Notes under the pieces: model-generated | The model's input: the letters and a program-made list of their open reading frames with translations, nothing else | What the model was told of the DNA's origin: nothing | Database searches by the model: none | Program-made: the position numbers and the translations under genes | Part shown: in pieces, positions 41,988-63,396 of the stretch | Position numbering within the stretch: the stretch's first letter is position 1 | How the letters are laid out: the number at the start of each line of letters is the position of its first letter | Assembly: GCF_009914755.1 (NCBI RefSeq) | Contig: NC_060943.1 | Length of the DNA stretch: 64,000 bases | DNA from: the human T2T-CHM13v2.0 reference genome, Homo sapiens | Direction: 5' to 3' (one strand)

Positions 41988-42716
41988 TAATCTGCCCACT
42001 TCGGCCTCCCAAAATACTGGGATTACAGGCGTGAGCCACTGTGCCTGGTCAGTAGCATGTTAGAATTAAATGAGCCTTTTGGGAAAATTCAGGTGAGGGT
42101 AGGTTACCCAAAGACTATGCAGCCACGTTCAAACCTTTGGTGGTTTATGTATTTATTTAGAGACAGGGTCTCACTCCTGTCACCCAGGCTGGAGTGCTGT
42201 GGCATGATCATGGCTCACTGCAGCCTCGACCTCCTAGGCTTGGGTGATTCTCATGGCCACCTCAGCCTTGTGAGTGGCTGGGACTACAGAGACACACCAC
42301 CTCGCCCAGCTAATTTTTTTTTTTTGTATATTTGTATTTTTAGTAGAGACAGGGTTTTGCCATGTCGCCCAGGCTGATCTCAAACTCCTTGGCTCAAGCG
42401 ATCTTCCTGCCTCAGCCTTCCAAAGTGTTGGGATTACAGGCATGAACCACCACACTCAGCCCTTTGGTGTTTTTTTTTGTTTGTTTGTTTGTTTGTTTGA
42501 GATGGAGTCTCGCTCTGTCGCCCAGGCTGGAGTGCAGTGGCGCCATCTCCGGCTCACTGCAAGCTCCACCTCCCGGGTTCACACCATTCTCCTGCCTCAG
42601 CCTCCCGAGTAGCTGGGACTACAGGTGCCCGCCACCACGCCCGGCTAATTTTTTTTTTGTAGTTTTAGTAGAGACGGAGTTTCACCGTGTTAGCGGGGAT
42701 GGTCTCAATCTCCTGA

Positions 42717-42908
<192 letters not shown>

Positions 42909-43249
42909 TGACGTGAACCACCTTGCCCAGCTGTGTACACTCTAAATGGTTCATTTTATATTATTTCTAAATGGTTCATTTTATATTATGTGAATTTCAC
43001 CTCAATACAAAACTTTTTTTTTTTTTCAGACGGAGTTTCCCTCTTGTTGCCCAGGCTGGGGTGCAATGGCACGATCTCGGCTCACTGCAACCTACGCCAC
43101 CCCAGGTTCAAGCGATTCTCCTGCCTCAGCCTCCCGAGTAGCTGGGATTACAGGCACGCACCACCATGCCCGGCTAATTTTGTGTTTTTAGTAGAGATGG
43201 GGTTTCACCATGTTGGTCATGCTGGTCTCAAACTCCCGACCCCAGGTGA

Positions 43250-43342
<93 letters not shown>

Positions 43343-43595
43343 TGACTCAGCTTTGGGCTTGAACTGTTAGAATGATGGTGCGTCCATTCAGTGAGATGAG
43401 GAAGCTCTAGGGAAAATGAACTTGGGAGTGGGGAATCCCATTTTGAATGTCTTAAATTTGATATGCCTTGTAGGCTTCCAAGCCGAGTTAGATATATGAG
43501 CCTGGAGTTCAGAGATGGGGTGGAGATAAAAATTTAGAAGCCATTGGCACACGGGAAATATCTTAAGCCATGGAGCTAGATGAGCTCATTTAGGC

Positions 43596-44147
<552 letters not shown>

Positions 44148-44513
44148 ATCTAGGGAAAGGGTGTGGGGAAAGACGAAGAGATGGCCCAAGCCCATGCCTC
44201 CGGCAGTCCCAGCGTGTCAGTGTCAGACAGCAGACAAAGAATCCAGGAGACAGCAGAAGAGGGCTGGGGGGAAGCCCAAGAGTGAGTGTTTGGAAAACTA
44301 AAGAGAGTAACAGCAATTGGTTGGAATTGGAGTGTATCCATTTATAGAGGACTATGCTTAGTGGTACACAAACATAAATTGTGGCACATCCGTGTAGTAG
44401 AATACTATGCATGGTTACACGAAATAAGGAGGAAGTTCTCTATGTGCTGAGATGGGAAGATTTCCTTTGTATGAAATGATTTGCTGACATCCTCACAACA
44501 CACTGTTTAATAA

Positions 44514-44795
<282 letters not shown>

Positions 44796-46132
44796 TGATC
44801 CACCCGCCTCGGCCTCCCAAAGTGCTGGGATTACAGGCGTCAGCCACCGTGCCTGGCCACAGGACTGGCTTTCAATATGAAGCACAGAAACGTCCTCCAA
44901 GGGGCAGGAGAGAAGGACAAGGGCACACACGTCCAGCAAATGCAGATTTCCTGGTAAGAAGCTGAAGAAACAAATTTTATTATTTAACAAAAATGTAGAT
45001 GATGCTTACTATATGCCTGACCCTGTTCCAAGCACTTTGCAAATACTTTATTTGCATGAAAAGCCTTTGAGGTAGCTACTGTTATATTCTCTCATCCTCA
45101 TCTTACAAATGAGGAAGCAGGCACAGAGGGCAATCACCTTCCCCAAAGTCACACAGCTGGTAAGAAGCAGGGCTGCTTAAAGGTGGGCAATCGGGCAGCA
45201 GAATTCACACTCTTAAACAGTACTCCATAATACTTCTCTGTGCTTGACCTCCTGGGCTCAAGCAATCCTCCTGCCCCAGCCTCCCAAGCAGCTGGGATCA
45301 CAGGCTTGCACTACCATGCCTGGCTAATTTTTTTGTATTTTTAGTAGAGATGGGCTTTCACCATGTTGTCCAGGCTGGTCTCAAACTCCTGGCCTCCAGA
45401 GATCCTCCAGCCTCAGCCTCCCGAAGTGCTGGGATTACAGGCGTAAGCCACAGTACCCAGTCCTCTGTGCTCTGTTCTTGATAAATGACATTTTATTGTA
45501 CAGATGTGTTTTATTTTTAGATGGAAGATCAGTGGGTGAGGATTCAGGCTGGTTCGGGGCACTGGGAGTCTTGAGGAGAGAGGAGACTCAGAAGCTGCCG
45601 TCTTGGAGAAAAAAACTTACTAGAAAAACAGGAGGGCTCCATGTTTGAGGTTTGTGGTGCTGGGTTTTCAGTGAAATCCCGGAGGCTGGCTGAGATTTTT
45701 CCTGCTTCGTGGGAGGAAATGGCTTTCGCATGGGAGGGGGAAAGATAAGTATGGCCCAGTTCACAGTCTGTCTGCAAATCCCCAGGCACTCTGGTTCCCC
45801 GGTTCTCTCGGGGTCCTGGAATCTGGTGCTGGGTGGCCTGTCTGCCCTTCCAACTGGCCACCTGGTCCCTGTGAGCTGAACTCTGGGAACCCAGCATGGC
45901 CAGGCCAGGCTGCAGGGGAGGGAAGGGCCTGGAAGCCTGTTCCCAGGCCATGGCCAAAGGAAACGAGTTACCTTCCAGGAACTGGAGCCCAGAGGCAGGG
46001 GTGAGGAGCTGGGGAGCTGGGGGCCTGGAGGGAAAGCAGTGCCCAGAACTTGCAGGGCCTCTGAAGCTGGGCTGGAGTTTGGCTCTGGGCACGAGAGCCA
46101 ACAGGGCCTGTCATGGGCACAGTCTCCACCCC

Positions 46133-47226
<1,094 letters not shown>

Positions 47227-47362
47227 TGAAACTGTCAATCAGTGATAACTGAATCCCTGCAGCGTTGTACTGAGGCTATTGGACACAGATACATCAAGTG
47301 TTTAGGATGGTTGCTGGCACTCAGCAAGTGCTTGACAATATTAGCTATCATTATCTTCAAAG

Positions 47363-47780
47363 TGTTAACAAAACTCCAGGGGTTTGGTCTAGGTCATGCT
47401 GCTCACAGCACAGAAAGCCAATAACGGAAGAAGGCTTTAATTGGGCGCTGCTGCTGAGGAGATGGTTCAATCTCAAATCCATCTCCTTGACCAGCTAAAA
47501 TCAGGGGTTTAAATAACAGGGAAGAAATGTAACAATGTGTAAGAAAACAGGAACTAGGGAGGGGCAAAGAAGCAATCATGATGAATGAGAGGTCCATTAT
47601 CTCATTGTCTGGATGTGATGATCTGGTAAGTTTCAGTTATTTGATACTTTTTGTTTTTGAGACGCCTGAAAGTGAAAGGAACTCAGATAAAACAAATTAA
47701 GTCTCAAGCTTAAAGACCAGAAGGGTCAGTTTCCTATGTTTATCCAAAAAACTATCTATGGGACTATTGGGTCAGTTTCA
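47363..47780 (-). mobile_element. ERV1 solo LTR (LTR26-like, family from memory)
   Basis: TG...CA termini with 4-bp TSD AAAG (47359-47362 and 47781-47784). Confidence 0.75.
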
Positions 47781-48405
47781 AAAGTGTAGGCAAAGTATTC
47801 ATTTGTCCAACAAATATTTATCGAGCATCTATTATGTTCCAGGCACTATTACTGCTGGAGATTCAGCATGAACCAGACAGATAAACACTTCCTGCCTCGG
47901 CCCTGAGCCCTCAGGAAACTTTCAATCTAGGGAGGGAGAAAGACAATAAACAAAAGAAATGGGAGAATGGCGTGAACCCGGCAGACGGAATTTGCAGTGA
48001 GCCGAGATCGCACCACTGCACTCCAGCCTGGGCAACAGAGCGAGACTCTCTGAAAAAAAATAAAGAAAAGAAAAAGAAATGTGTCCTTTTAGTTTTTTGT
48101 GGTTATTTTTTGCCACACAAAAGGTATTAATTCTTATGAAGTCATATGTAGCTATATTTTCTTTTCTGTTCTAGTTTTGGTACTCGTCTTACAAGACCTT
48201 CTTCTCTCCAAGAAAAGCAAATGTGAAGCACATCAAGGTCTTTTTTTTTTTTTTTTTGAGACTGAGTCTCACTCTGTCGCCCAGGCTGATGTACAGTGGC
48301 ACAATCTCGGCTCACTGCAACCTCTGCCTCCCAGTTCAAGCGATTCTCCTGCCTCAGTCTCCCAAGTAGCTGAGATTACAGGCACCTGCCACCACACCCA
48401 ACTAA

Positions 48406-48570
<165 letters not shown>

Positions 48571-48577
48571 TAAACTT

Positions 48578-48900
48578 ATATATATGTGTATACATACACT
48601 CATACATATATACACACATATACACAAACATATATACATTCATATATCACACATGCACAAATACATACAACATACTCATATACATATGTATATATCCACC
48701 CATATATACACATAAATGCACTTATATATGCACATATACATATGTACATAAATATACATAGACACAGAAAAGCAAACATATACATAAATTTACACACATA
48801 TATACACAAACATACACTTAGACACAGAATTATAGACATACACACAAATTCATGCCCACACCCATAGACACACATATACATATATACACGCATGTATATG
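48578..48900 (+). repeat. Degenerate (CATA/CA/TA)n microsatellite
   Basis: Direct inspection. Confidence 0.85.
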
Positions 48901-49913
48901 TCCGTATAGAGAGCTCTATGCTGGAATATACAAAAACATTTTTTCTCTTTTGAAGGAAAACGAGAACCTGCTATGGCTTTTGTGGGAGGTTGGGGAGAAG
49001 CAGACGGGGCACTCTCCGTTTCTAATTTTGTATAGCTGGAATGTCTAACACTCTGCATATCTTATTTTAAAATGTCTATGTGGGCTGTTTTAGCAGCAGG
49101 ATGATAGGTCAGTTCTTGTTTTCATCTTTATATGGCTCTTTATTCAATAAAAACAAAACCACTGCCACCTAAAAATAAAATGCTTTAGGAGCCAAGACCA
49201 CGTTATAGGTTACAGCCACAGTCATTCTTTTTTTTCTTTATTTTTCTTTTTCTCTGGGTCTGGTATAAAGCTTTCATTTAACCTGATTTACTCTTGCCAA
49301 TCTGTCGCTGAATAAGCCATTCATAGCCCTATCTGCCGATCCAGGCCTGGGCATGTCCTGGTATGTCAGATTGTCCAAGCCAGCAGCTGCCACGGTTCCC
49401 ATTCCTCAGGCTTCAAGAAATGACAGGAGCATCTGCCAAGGGTTCATCCGGCCATGGTGACCTGAGAGCTTTATAACAACAAGTGATTGTCTAATGAATT
49501 TGAACACAAGGGTTTGCTGTTCTAGGTGGCTTCACAGTGCTACGTTCAGGGTATTTCCCATGTGATTTTCTTAATTGTGATAAGAAATAAGAGTTGTGCA
49601 ATTCCGCTCAGAAATATAAAAAAATTCCTCCACCAGGACACTTTGAATCCTTCTGGATCTATGTAACCAGGATTAGAACAGGCAGCTGTCTAACTGCCAT
49701 TACTAGGTCCCTCAAGCTATGACACTGCTGGAAAAAAAGGGAGACTAACTCATTGAACAACCTACCAAATCCAAAAAAGAAATACAATAATTGAGACTGG
49801 ACAAAGTAGCTCACGCCTGTAATCCTAACACTTTAGAAGGCTGAGATGAGTGGATTGCCTGAGCTCAGGAGTTTGAGACCAGGCTGGGCAAAATGGTGAG
49901 AACCCTGTCTCTA

Positions 49914-50114
<201 letters not shown>

Positions 50115-50746
50115 TCAAATGCATGAAACTCGTCCTTCATAGCTTCTGAGATATGTCTTTCTGCTTAGAAAAGTACTCTCCCTGCTTCGAAAAGTACTCT
50201 CCCTGCTTCTAAGAGTATAGATTACTTCACCATTTGCAGGGAGGCACTTGATGTCTTCATGCTTTGCATTTACATCTTTCATCCAGCTGGAATTTTTCTC
50301 AGTGAAAGTAACATTGGAATAGTCCATCACGCTCCAAAGAAATGTTTGGCCACTTGATCCTTGTCTCATCTGCTGGCCTGTAATGCTGCCTTCATCAAAA
50401 GTGAAAATCTCACATTTAGGGACGCCAAACTGTCAGAAATATTATAGATTCATAATGCATTTTAGTGCCTGATAGGGCATACTCCTGCCCCACTGTGCAT
50501 TTCAGAGTTTCTGGGTTGCTTTCATATGGTAACAATTTTTCAGCAGCTCATCTTGCATTTATATGTTAAACTCCAGAAGCTGGACAAAGACGAGGCGGGA
50601 TGCTTTACTTTTACAGTTAAATGACTGGGCTAGGTGCGGCGGCTCACACCTGTAATCCCAGCACTTTGGGAGGCCGAGGAGGGCAGATCACCTGAGGTCA
50701 GGAGTTCGAGACCAACCTGGACAACACAGAAACCCCGTCTCCACTA

Positions 50747-50905
<159 letters not shown>

Positions 50906-51940
50906 TCAAAAAATAATAAAATAAAATAAAATAACTAACACTATCAATAATTGTTCACATTCACCCAGCACTCATCTGCTATAGCACAAGACCACAGCCT
51001 TACTTCTTACACATTCGCTTATTTTTTGTTGTGTTTTTTTGTTTGTTTGTTTTGTTTTTTTGAGACTGGGTCTCATTCTGTCACCCAGGCTGGAATGCAG
51101 TGGTGTGTCTCTGCTCACTGCAACCTCCGCTCCTGGGTTCAAGTGATTCTCCTGCCTCAGCCTCCCGAGTAGCTGGGATTACAGGCACACGCCACCACAC
51201 CCAGCTAATTTTTGTATTTTTTGTAGAGATGGGGTTTCACCATGTTGGCCAGGCTGGTCTCCAACTCCTGACCAGGAGCGGGTGGTCCACCCGCTTCAGC
51301 CTCCAAAAGTGCTGGGATTATAGGTGTGAGCCACTGTGCCCGGCCACATTCACTTGTTTTTCTAGAACTATTATGCAGGGATTGGAGCTTTTCCAAAGCA
51401 GCCATGCCTGAGGTTTACTTGTCATTGGACTTGAGCATGACAAGGCATGCACTTTGCAGACATCGAAGGTAGAGTTTTTCAGTGGCAGGCATGCCCATGC
51501 CAGAAAAAATTTCAAACGAACCAGGACAGGCAGCGACCCACCTTCCAAAACAAGGATGCTTTGTATAACGTGCAAATATTTGTCCAGAAATGGCAAGAAA
51601 CGCTTCTAAGAACTGCAGAAAAATCCAGTTAATTTAGCAATATAGGTGAATGTAGTTTGGGGTAATGTAACTTTTTAAATTTTTTGTTTAAGTATAATGT
51701 TGTTTTAATGTAAGGAAGTATAAAGAAAATAAATGACCCACTATCTGTCCTGTCCACATCAGCATTCTAAAATATAATGTGTTACCAAGCGTGAGAGTTA
51801 CAGATGGGGACATAATGAAGTCCTTCCCTCCATTCCCCTCAGTTCCCCACCTCAGAAGCAACCCGTTTTCCATTTGTTGTTTTTCCTTCCAGAAAAAAGG
51901 AAAAAGATTGATACATATACTACCATATATAATAATATAA

Positions 51941-52460
<520 letters not shown>

Positions 52461-52507
52461 TGATCCACCCGCCTCGGCCTCCCAAAGTGCTGGGATTACA
52501 GGCGTGA

Positions 52508-52834
<327 letters not shown>

Positions 52835-53526
52835 TGATCCACCCGCCTCGGCCTCCCAAAGTGCTGGGATTACAGGCATGAGCCACCGTGCCCGGCCTCT
52901 TCCCTCTCTCTTTCTCTCTCTGTCCTCCCTTCCCTTCCTCCCCGCCTCCCTCCTTCCTTCCTTGTTTCTTTCCTTTTTTTTTTTTTTTTTTTTTTGACAG
53001 AGTCTCATTCTGTTCCCAAGGCAGTGGTGTGAACATGGCTCACTACAGCCTCAACCTCCCTGGGCTCAAGCAATCCTCCCACCTCAGCCTCCCGAGTAGC
53101 TGGGACTACAGGTGTGCACCACCACACCCAGCTAATTTTTATTTTTTGTAGAGACAGGATCTCAGTATGTTGCTCAGGCTGGTCTTGAGCGCCTGGGCTC
53201 AAGTGATCCACCTGCCTCAGCGTCCCAAAGAGCTGGAATTACAGGTGTGGGTGACAGAGTGAGACCCTGTCTCTCAAACAAAACGAAAACCAACCAAACA
53301 CCCCACCAAGCATGAAATAAGGATGTACATATAGATGAATGCAATAGAGTTGACAGTCTAGAAAACCATCATGTGATACTATTTTCCGCATGGCTGGCAA
53401 AAGTTCTAAGCTTTGTCTAAAATCCCGTTCCAGGCCAGGCGCGGTGGCTCATGCCTGTAATCCCAGCACCTTGGGAGGCTGAGGCGGGAGGATCACGAGG
53501 TCAGCATATTGAGACCATCCTGGCTA

Positions 53527-53806
<280 letters not shown>

Positions 53807-54320
53807 TCAGTTTTTTATCTTTTTTTTTTTCCTGTGGATTCCCTATTGAGATTCATTGCCAGGTTATTCTGTATTTCTTTTTTTGATATGTGCAAGCTCT
53901 TTGTGATTCAAGGAAATTATCTTGAGTCCATCCTTGTGGTAAATGTGTCCCCGGGTTTGTTGTTTGTCTTTTGACTTGTGGATTTTTTTCTTCTGTCTGA
54001 GGATTTAAATGTTTATATAGTCAGGTTGATTAATCTTTTCCTTTATGACTTCTGGGCTTGGCTGGGTGCAGTGGCTCACGCCTGTAATCCAAGCGCTTTA
54101 GGAGGCTGAGGTGGGCGGATTGCCTGAGCCCAGCAGTTCGAGATCAGCCTGGGCAACACGGCAAGCCCTCGTCTCTATAAAAGACACAAAACAGCCATGC
54201 GTGGTGGCACATGCCTGTAGTCCCAGCTACTTGGAAAGCTGACGTGGGAGAATTGCTTGAGCCCAGGAGTTCGAGACCAGCCTGGACAACATAGGGAGAC
54301 CCCATCTCTACACAAGATCA

Positions 54321-54882
<562 letters not shown>

Positions 54883-56038
54883 TCATCTGGAAGGTATCTG
54901 AGGACTCAAAGAAGGAGCTAGGGAAACCAACTTTATTCTTTTTGTTTTGTCCAAATAGCTAGCCAGTTTTCAGAGCATTAGCTAAGTTTAGAAAATCTCT
55001 TTTCTCTCCTGCCGATTTAGAATAAATAGCACCATGGCTGGTCATAGTCTAAGTTCTCAGATGTATGAAGCTCTATTTCTGGGTTCATGATTCTGTCCCA
55101 CCATTTTGTTGGCCTAGTTCCTCAACACAAGTAAACTACAGTGACATCGTATCCTCACAATCCATTCCTTGATATATCAGTGGGACTAATCCGACGACAT
55201 GAATTTTCATTTTCCGGGATATTCTGGCCATTAACAGAGGGTAGTCGGTTTTTAGTTTTTATTTTGTTTGTTTGTTTGTTTGTTTGAGACAGGGTCTCAT
55301 TCTGTCGCCTAGAGTGTCGTGGCAGGATCATAGCTGACTGTAACCTTGAACTCCTGGCCTCAAGGGAGCCTCCCAACTTAGACTCCCTAGTAGCTGGGAT
55401 TACAGGTGCATGCCACCATGATTTTAAATGCAGTAATTTGCTTTATAATGTCAGGACGTGGTTTGGTGAAACCAACCCAGATGCTTGTAAGTCAAGGATG
55501 AAAAACTTGGGTCACCCGGCATCACTAACATTCCCTAAGAGCTGAACGCTTTCCCCTCATAAATGTCAGGGTCACGGGAAGCAACAGGAAAACCTTCTCC
55601 AATGACTCCTCTGGGGTGGCTTGTTGCGCCCTCCCTCCGGACCACGCAGCCCCTAAAAGTCAGTCCCAGACCTTGAGCTCAGTGTAATATCTAGATTCAT
55701 GCTAGAGACATGAATCAAAGGTTCAATTTTATGAGAACGAATGTGTAGGGCCTGAATTTTAAACACGGAGCCATGTTAGGCTGCAAACAGTCTTAAACCA
55801 CAGCATGCTGATCAGAAGTGTGAATGAGACACACAGGGAGGGCAGGGGCAAGTTTATTACAAGATCTATAATCACACACAAGATGCGTTAAACTGGGCCC
55901 ATCAGTGGCTGGCTTTGGTGTGCAGCATTGCTATAGCTTTGGCTGTTTATTCAGTGCACAGGATTGTAAAGATGAAAATAAAATAGCCACTCCATTGCTT
56001 TTTATTTATTATTAATTTTAACTAATTAATTATTTTGA

Positions 56039-56143
<105 letters not shown>

Positions 56144-56787
56144 TGAGTAGCTAGCATTACAGGTGTGTGCCACCACGCCTGGCTAATTTTCTATTTTTAG
56201 TAGAGACAGGGTTTCACCATGTTGGCCAGGCTGGTCTTGAACTCCTGACCTCAGGTGATCTGCCTGCCTTGGTCTCCCAAAGTGCTGGGACTACAGGCGT
56301 GAGCCACCATGTCCGGCCATTTTATTATTTTTTTTTAAATAGAGATGGGGGTCTCGCCGTGTTGACCAGGCTGGTCCTGAACTCCTGGGCTCAAGCGATC
56401 CTCCCACCTAGACCTCCATAAGTGCTGGGATTACAGGCATGAACCACTACACCTGGCCCAGTTACTTTTTAAAAATAGTTTCCATTCAAGTATAATTTGC
56501 ATGTGGTGAAATGCACACATTTAAAGTATATGTACAATTTGATGATTTTTGACAGAAATTCATTTTAACACCTGTGCAACCACCAACCCAGACACAGAAC
56601 CTTCCACCACTCCAAAAAGTTCCTTCTCAAAGTCCTTCTCCTTACTGAGACACCCACTGTTGTAATTTTTGCCATCATAGATTAGTTTTTCCTATTCTAG
56701 AACTTCTTAAAAATGAAATCATATAGTACGTGGGCATCTTTTACTTCTGGCTTCCCCTTAGCATAAAGCCTTTGAGATCCATCGATA

Positions 56788-57474
<687 letters not shown>

Positions 57475-57498
57475 TAAGGTTCCACTGAAGGGTTGTAC

Positions 57499-57983
57499 TG
57501 ATGCAGGATAGGCAAGCCCCCAAATTGAGGCTTAGTCTAGGAGGGTTCTTGGCTTCACCCTTGAAATAATTCAAGGGCAAGCTGGTGGTGATAGCAACTT
57601 TTCTTGAGGCCGCAGTGCACAGCCGCAGCAGAGAGACTGCTCCTTGCAAAGCGGGGCTACCCCATAGGCAGTGTGCCTAGAGGAGCAGCTCAGAAGCAGT
57701 GCTGCTGTCATATTTATACCCACTTTTAATTATATGCAAATTAAGGGGTGGTTTATGCAGAAATTTCCAGGAAAAAGGTGGCAACTTCAGGGTTGTCAAG
57801 GGCATTGCCATGGAAAGGGGCAGTAACTTCCAGGTGTTACCATGGCAACGGTAAACTGGCATGGTACAGTGGTGGCCATGTCTTCTAGAAAGCTGCTTCC
57901 ACCCCAGACCTGTTTTAGCTAGGTCTCAATTTGGTCCAGTGTCTAAGCCCTACCTCTAGAGTTGAGCTCCACCTCCTACCGCA
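57499..57983 (-). mobile_element. ERV1 solo LTR (MER66-like, family from memory)
   Basis: TG...CA termini with TSD GTAC (57495-57498 and 57984-57987). Carries an octamer ATGCAAAT at 57734-57741 and an X-box GTTACCATGGCAAC at 57836-57849. Confidence 0.75.
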
Positions 57984-58284
57984 GTACCACTCCTAGCTAT
58001 ATACAAGAGAAATCTATGCCCACACAAAAACTGGTACACCAATGTTCATGGTGGTATTATTCAAAATAGTCAAAAAGTGGAGGCAACCCAAACGTCCATC
58101 AACCAATGAATGGATAAATAAAATGTGGTACAACATTTGGGCTGTTTCCAGATTTAGGCTATTATGAATAAGTATGCTATTATGCACATTTGTGTACACA
58201 TCTTTGGTGGATATATATTTTCATTTATCTTAGGTAAATACTTAGGAGTGGAATGTCTGGGTCATATCATAAGGGTATGTCTAA

Positions 58285-58569
<285 letters not shown>

Positions 58570-58751
58570 TGAGCCCAGCCAGGGTATGTCTAACTTTTTA
58601 ATAAATTTCCAAACAGTTCTCCAAAGTGGTTGTACTATCTCTGGTTACTTTAAAATAAATGAATATAAGTATTTATTGTTTGTGGTTGAAATATTCAAAG
58701 ACACAAGATGAAAAGTGGGACTCTGCTGGGTGTGGTGGTGCATGCCTGTTA

Positions 58752-58970
<219 letters not shown>

Positions 58971-59006
58971 TCAAGCCTGGGCAACAGAGTGAAATCCTGT
59001 CTTTTA

Positions 59007-59309
<303 letters not shown>

Positions 59310-60011
59310 CTATTATGTGGCCATTCAGGCCTGAACAAGAGCCAGGACCCAAGGGGTTTGCAAGAGTCATGCCTGAGTTTAATTAAGTGGGACAGATGTG
59401 CTATTTAGAACCAGGACACCTGGGAGCAAGTTTAAAGGCTTGGATGTGCCCTGCCTGTGATGAACTTTAGCACAGACCAGCACAGTTCCCTAATCCTCTT
59501 AATTGTTCATACCATTACAAAAAGTGCAAATCTAAAACAGAGATGAACAGAAAAAAATTATTGCATTATCGTTAATCTGACCACAGTGGCTAATGTTGCT
59601 TGAATAATGCATTTGGGTGCTTTTAAAAGTCTGCAGTCAGCCTGGGCAACATGGCAAAACCCTGTTTCTACCAAAAAATACAAAAATAGCTGGGCATGGT
59701 GGTTTGCACCTGTAGTCCCAGCTACTTGCAGAGGGGCTGATATAAGAGGATGGCTTGAGCCTGGAAAGTCAAGGCTGCCATGAGCCAAGATCACGCCACT
59801 GCACTTGAGCCTGGGTGAAGAGCAAGACCCTGTCTCAAAAAAAAATTAAATAAATAAAATTTAAAAAGTCTGTGATGTTTTATTTTTTAATGTGGGGAAA
59901 ATATTAAAAAGTAAATTGGCCGGGTGCGGTGGCTCATGCCTGTAATCTTAGCACTTTGGGAGGCTGAGGCGGGCAGATCACGAGGTCAGGAGATCAAGAC
60001 CATCCTGGCTA

Positions 60012-60269
<258 letters not shown>

Positions 60270-60580
60270 TCATGCCTGTAATCCCAGCACTTCAAAAGAC
60301 TGAGGCAGGAGGATTGTTTGAGGCCAGGCATTCAAGACCAGCCTGGGCAACATAGTGAGACCTCATCTCTACCAAAAAAAAAAAAGTTAGCTGGGCATGG
60401 TGGTGCGCATCTGCAGTCCTAGCTACTCAGGAAGATCATTTAAGCCCAGGAGTTTGAGGCTGCAGTGAGCTGTGACCACACAATTGCACTCCAGCCTACA
60501 TGATGGAGCAAGAGCCTGACTCTTAAAAAAATTTTGTTTTTAAATAATTGAAAATACTACTCAAACACACATGAATCTCA

Positions 60581-61470
<890 letters not shown>

Positions 61471-61751
61471 TTAAGATCTGTCCATTTCACTGTATATAAA
61501 TGTTTTATTTTACCTAAAAAATGAAAATGTAAAAAAAAGGAATAAATGAATAAGTAAATCAACACAACCCACTTCTTTCTCCTTGGCAGCTCTGCTAACC
61601 AGATCCCCAAATGGGCAGCTTTTTCTTGGGCCTCCTGGGTCCAGCTACTGTCACCTCCCCACTAGGCTCCCAGCTGCCACCTCACCCTCTGCAGTCTGTT
61701 CCCCACCAGGCTTCCAGGGGGAGCCTGGAAACAACCTATGTAGGATCCTGA

Positions 61752-62209
<458 letters not shown>

Positions 62210-63163
62210 TAGAGCCTCCCTCCACGATGACTGTTCCCTCTGCCCAGGAGGCCGTCCTTGGCCAACTGCTTGTCTCACCCCTCACCCCCTTCAGGTCTGT
62301 TCAGACATCCAGTTCCCAGAGAGGCTCCCCCAACCATTGTAAGCGACAGCCAGCCGTTTCTGCACACTCACCTTGCCTGCCTATCTTCCTGTTATATTTT
62401 TCACGGCAGAGCTCCCCACCCCTCCACCTGTGTCTATATAAGGTCTGTCCTCACTCAAACGTCAGGCTCCAGGAAGCCAGGACTCTGTCTTGCTCCTGGC
62501 TGTCGTACAGCAGATTCTCAACGAACCTTGCTTGAATGGCAGCATGGGCAACCAGGACACTTTGCCCTCGAGCCCTGCTGGTGGCATCCACAGCTCTCCA
62601 TCTTCCTGCAAACACTCCGGGCCAGCGCCTCCCCAGACGCACCCCTGAACAGAACACCTCCACCCGGGGCGATGAGGTTTCTTTGAAGAGAGCTTTCATG
62701 TGCCCCAACCTTGGATTCCCCCCATTTTTAGGGCACGTAGGCCTTTCATACTTTACTGACAGCCTGGGTGTAACCAGTAGGAGTGACTATTATTGTGGGA
62801 GGTACTTAAACATCTTGGTCAAATAGGGCTTTTCCCATTGTGGGGGTGTGGGGGCACCCAATAAATAGAGCTTCATCCAGATGCTTCTATGAGTACACGG
62901 CAGTTCCTAACGAGCTCCGCGTCCTCAAATCCCAGCTTCCCTTTTGGTCTCTTTCGCATCTTTCCTCATAATCTCCATTCACTTTCACAAAACCTCAACC
63001 TGGACCCCTAAGGACACTTCCGTTTCCCCAAGTCTGAATTATTCCACCTGAAGCTCTCCAACCTGTATTATTAATAGAATTCTTGGCTGGGCGTGGTGGC
63101 TCACGCCTGTCATCCCAGCACTTTGGGAGGCTGAGGTGGGCGGATCACGAGGTCAAGAGATCA

Positions 63164-63396
<233 letters not shown>

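Noticed and set aside
49225-49720. T-rich tract followed by unique sequence, possible retrocopy
   Set aside because: No TSD, ORF or parent gene could be identified by eye.
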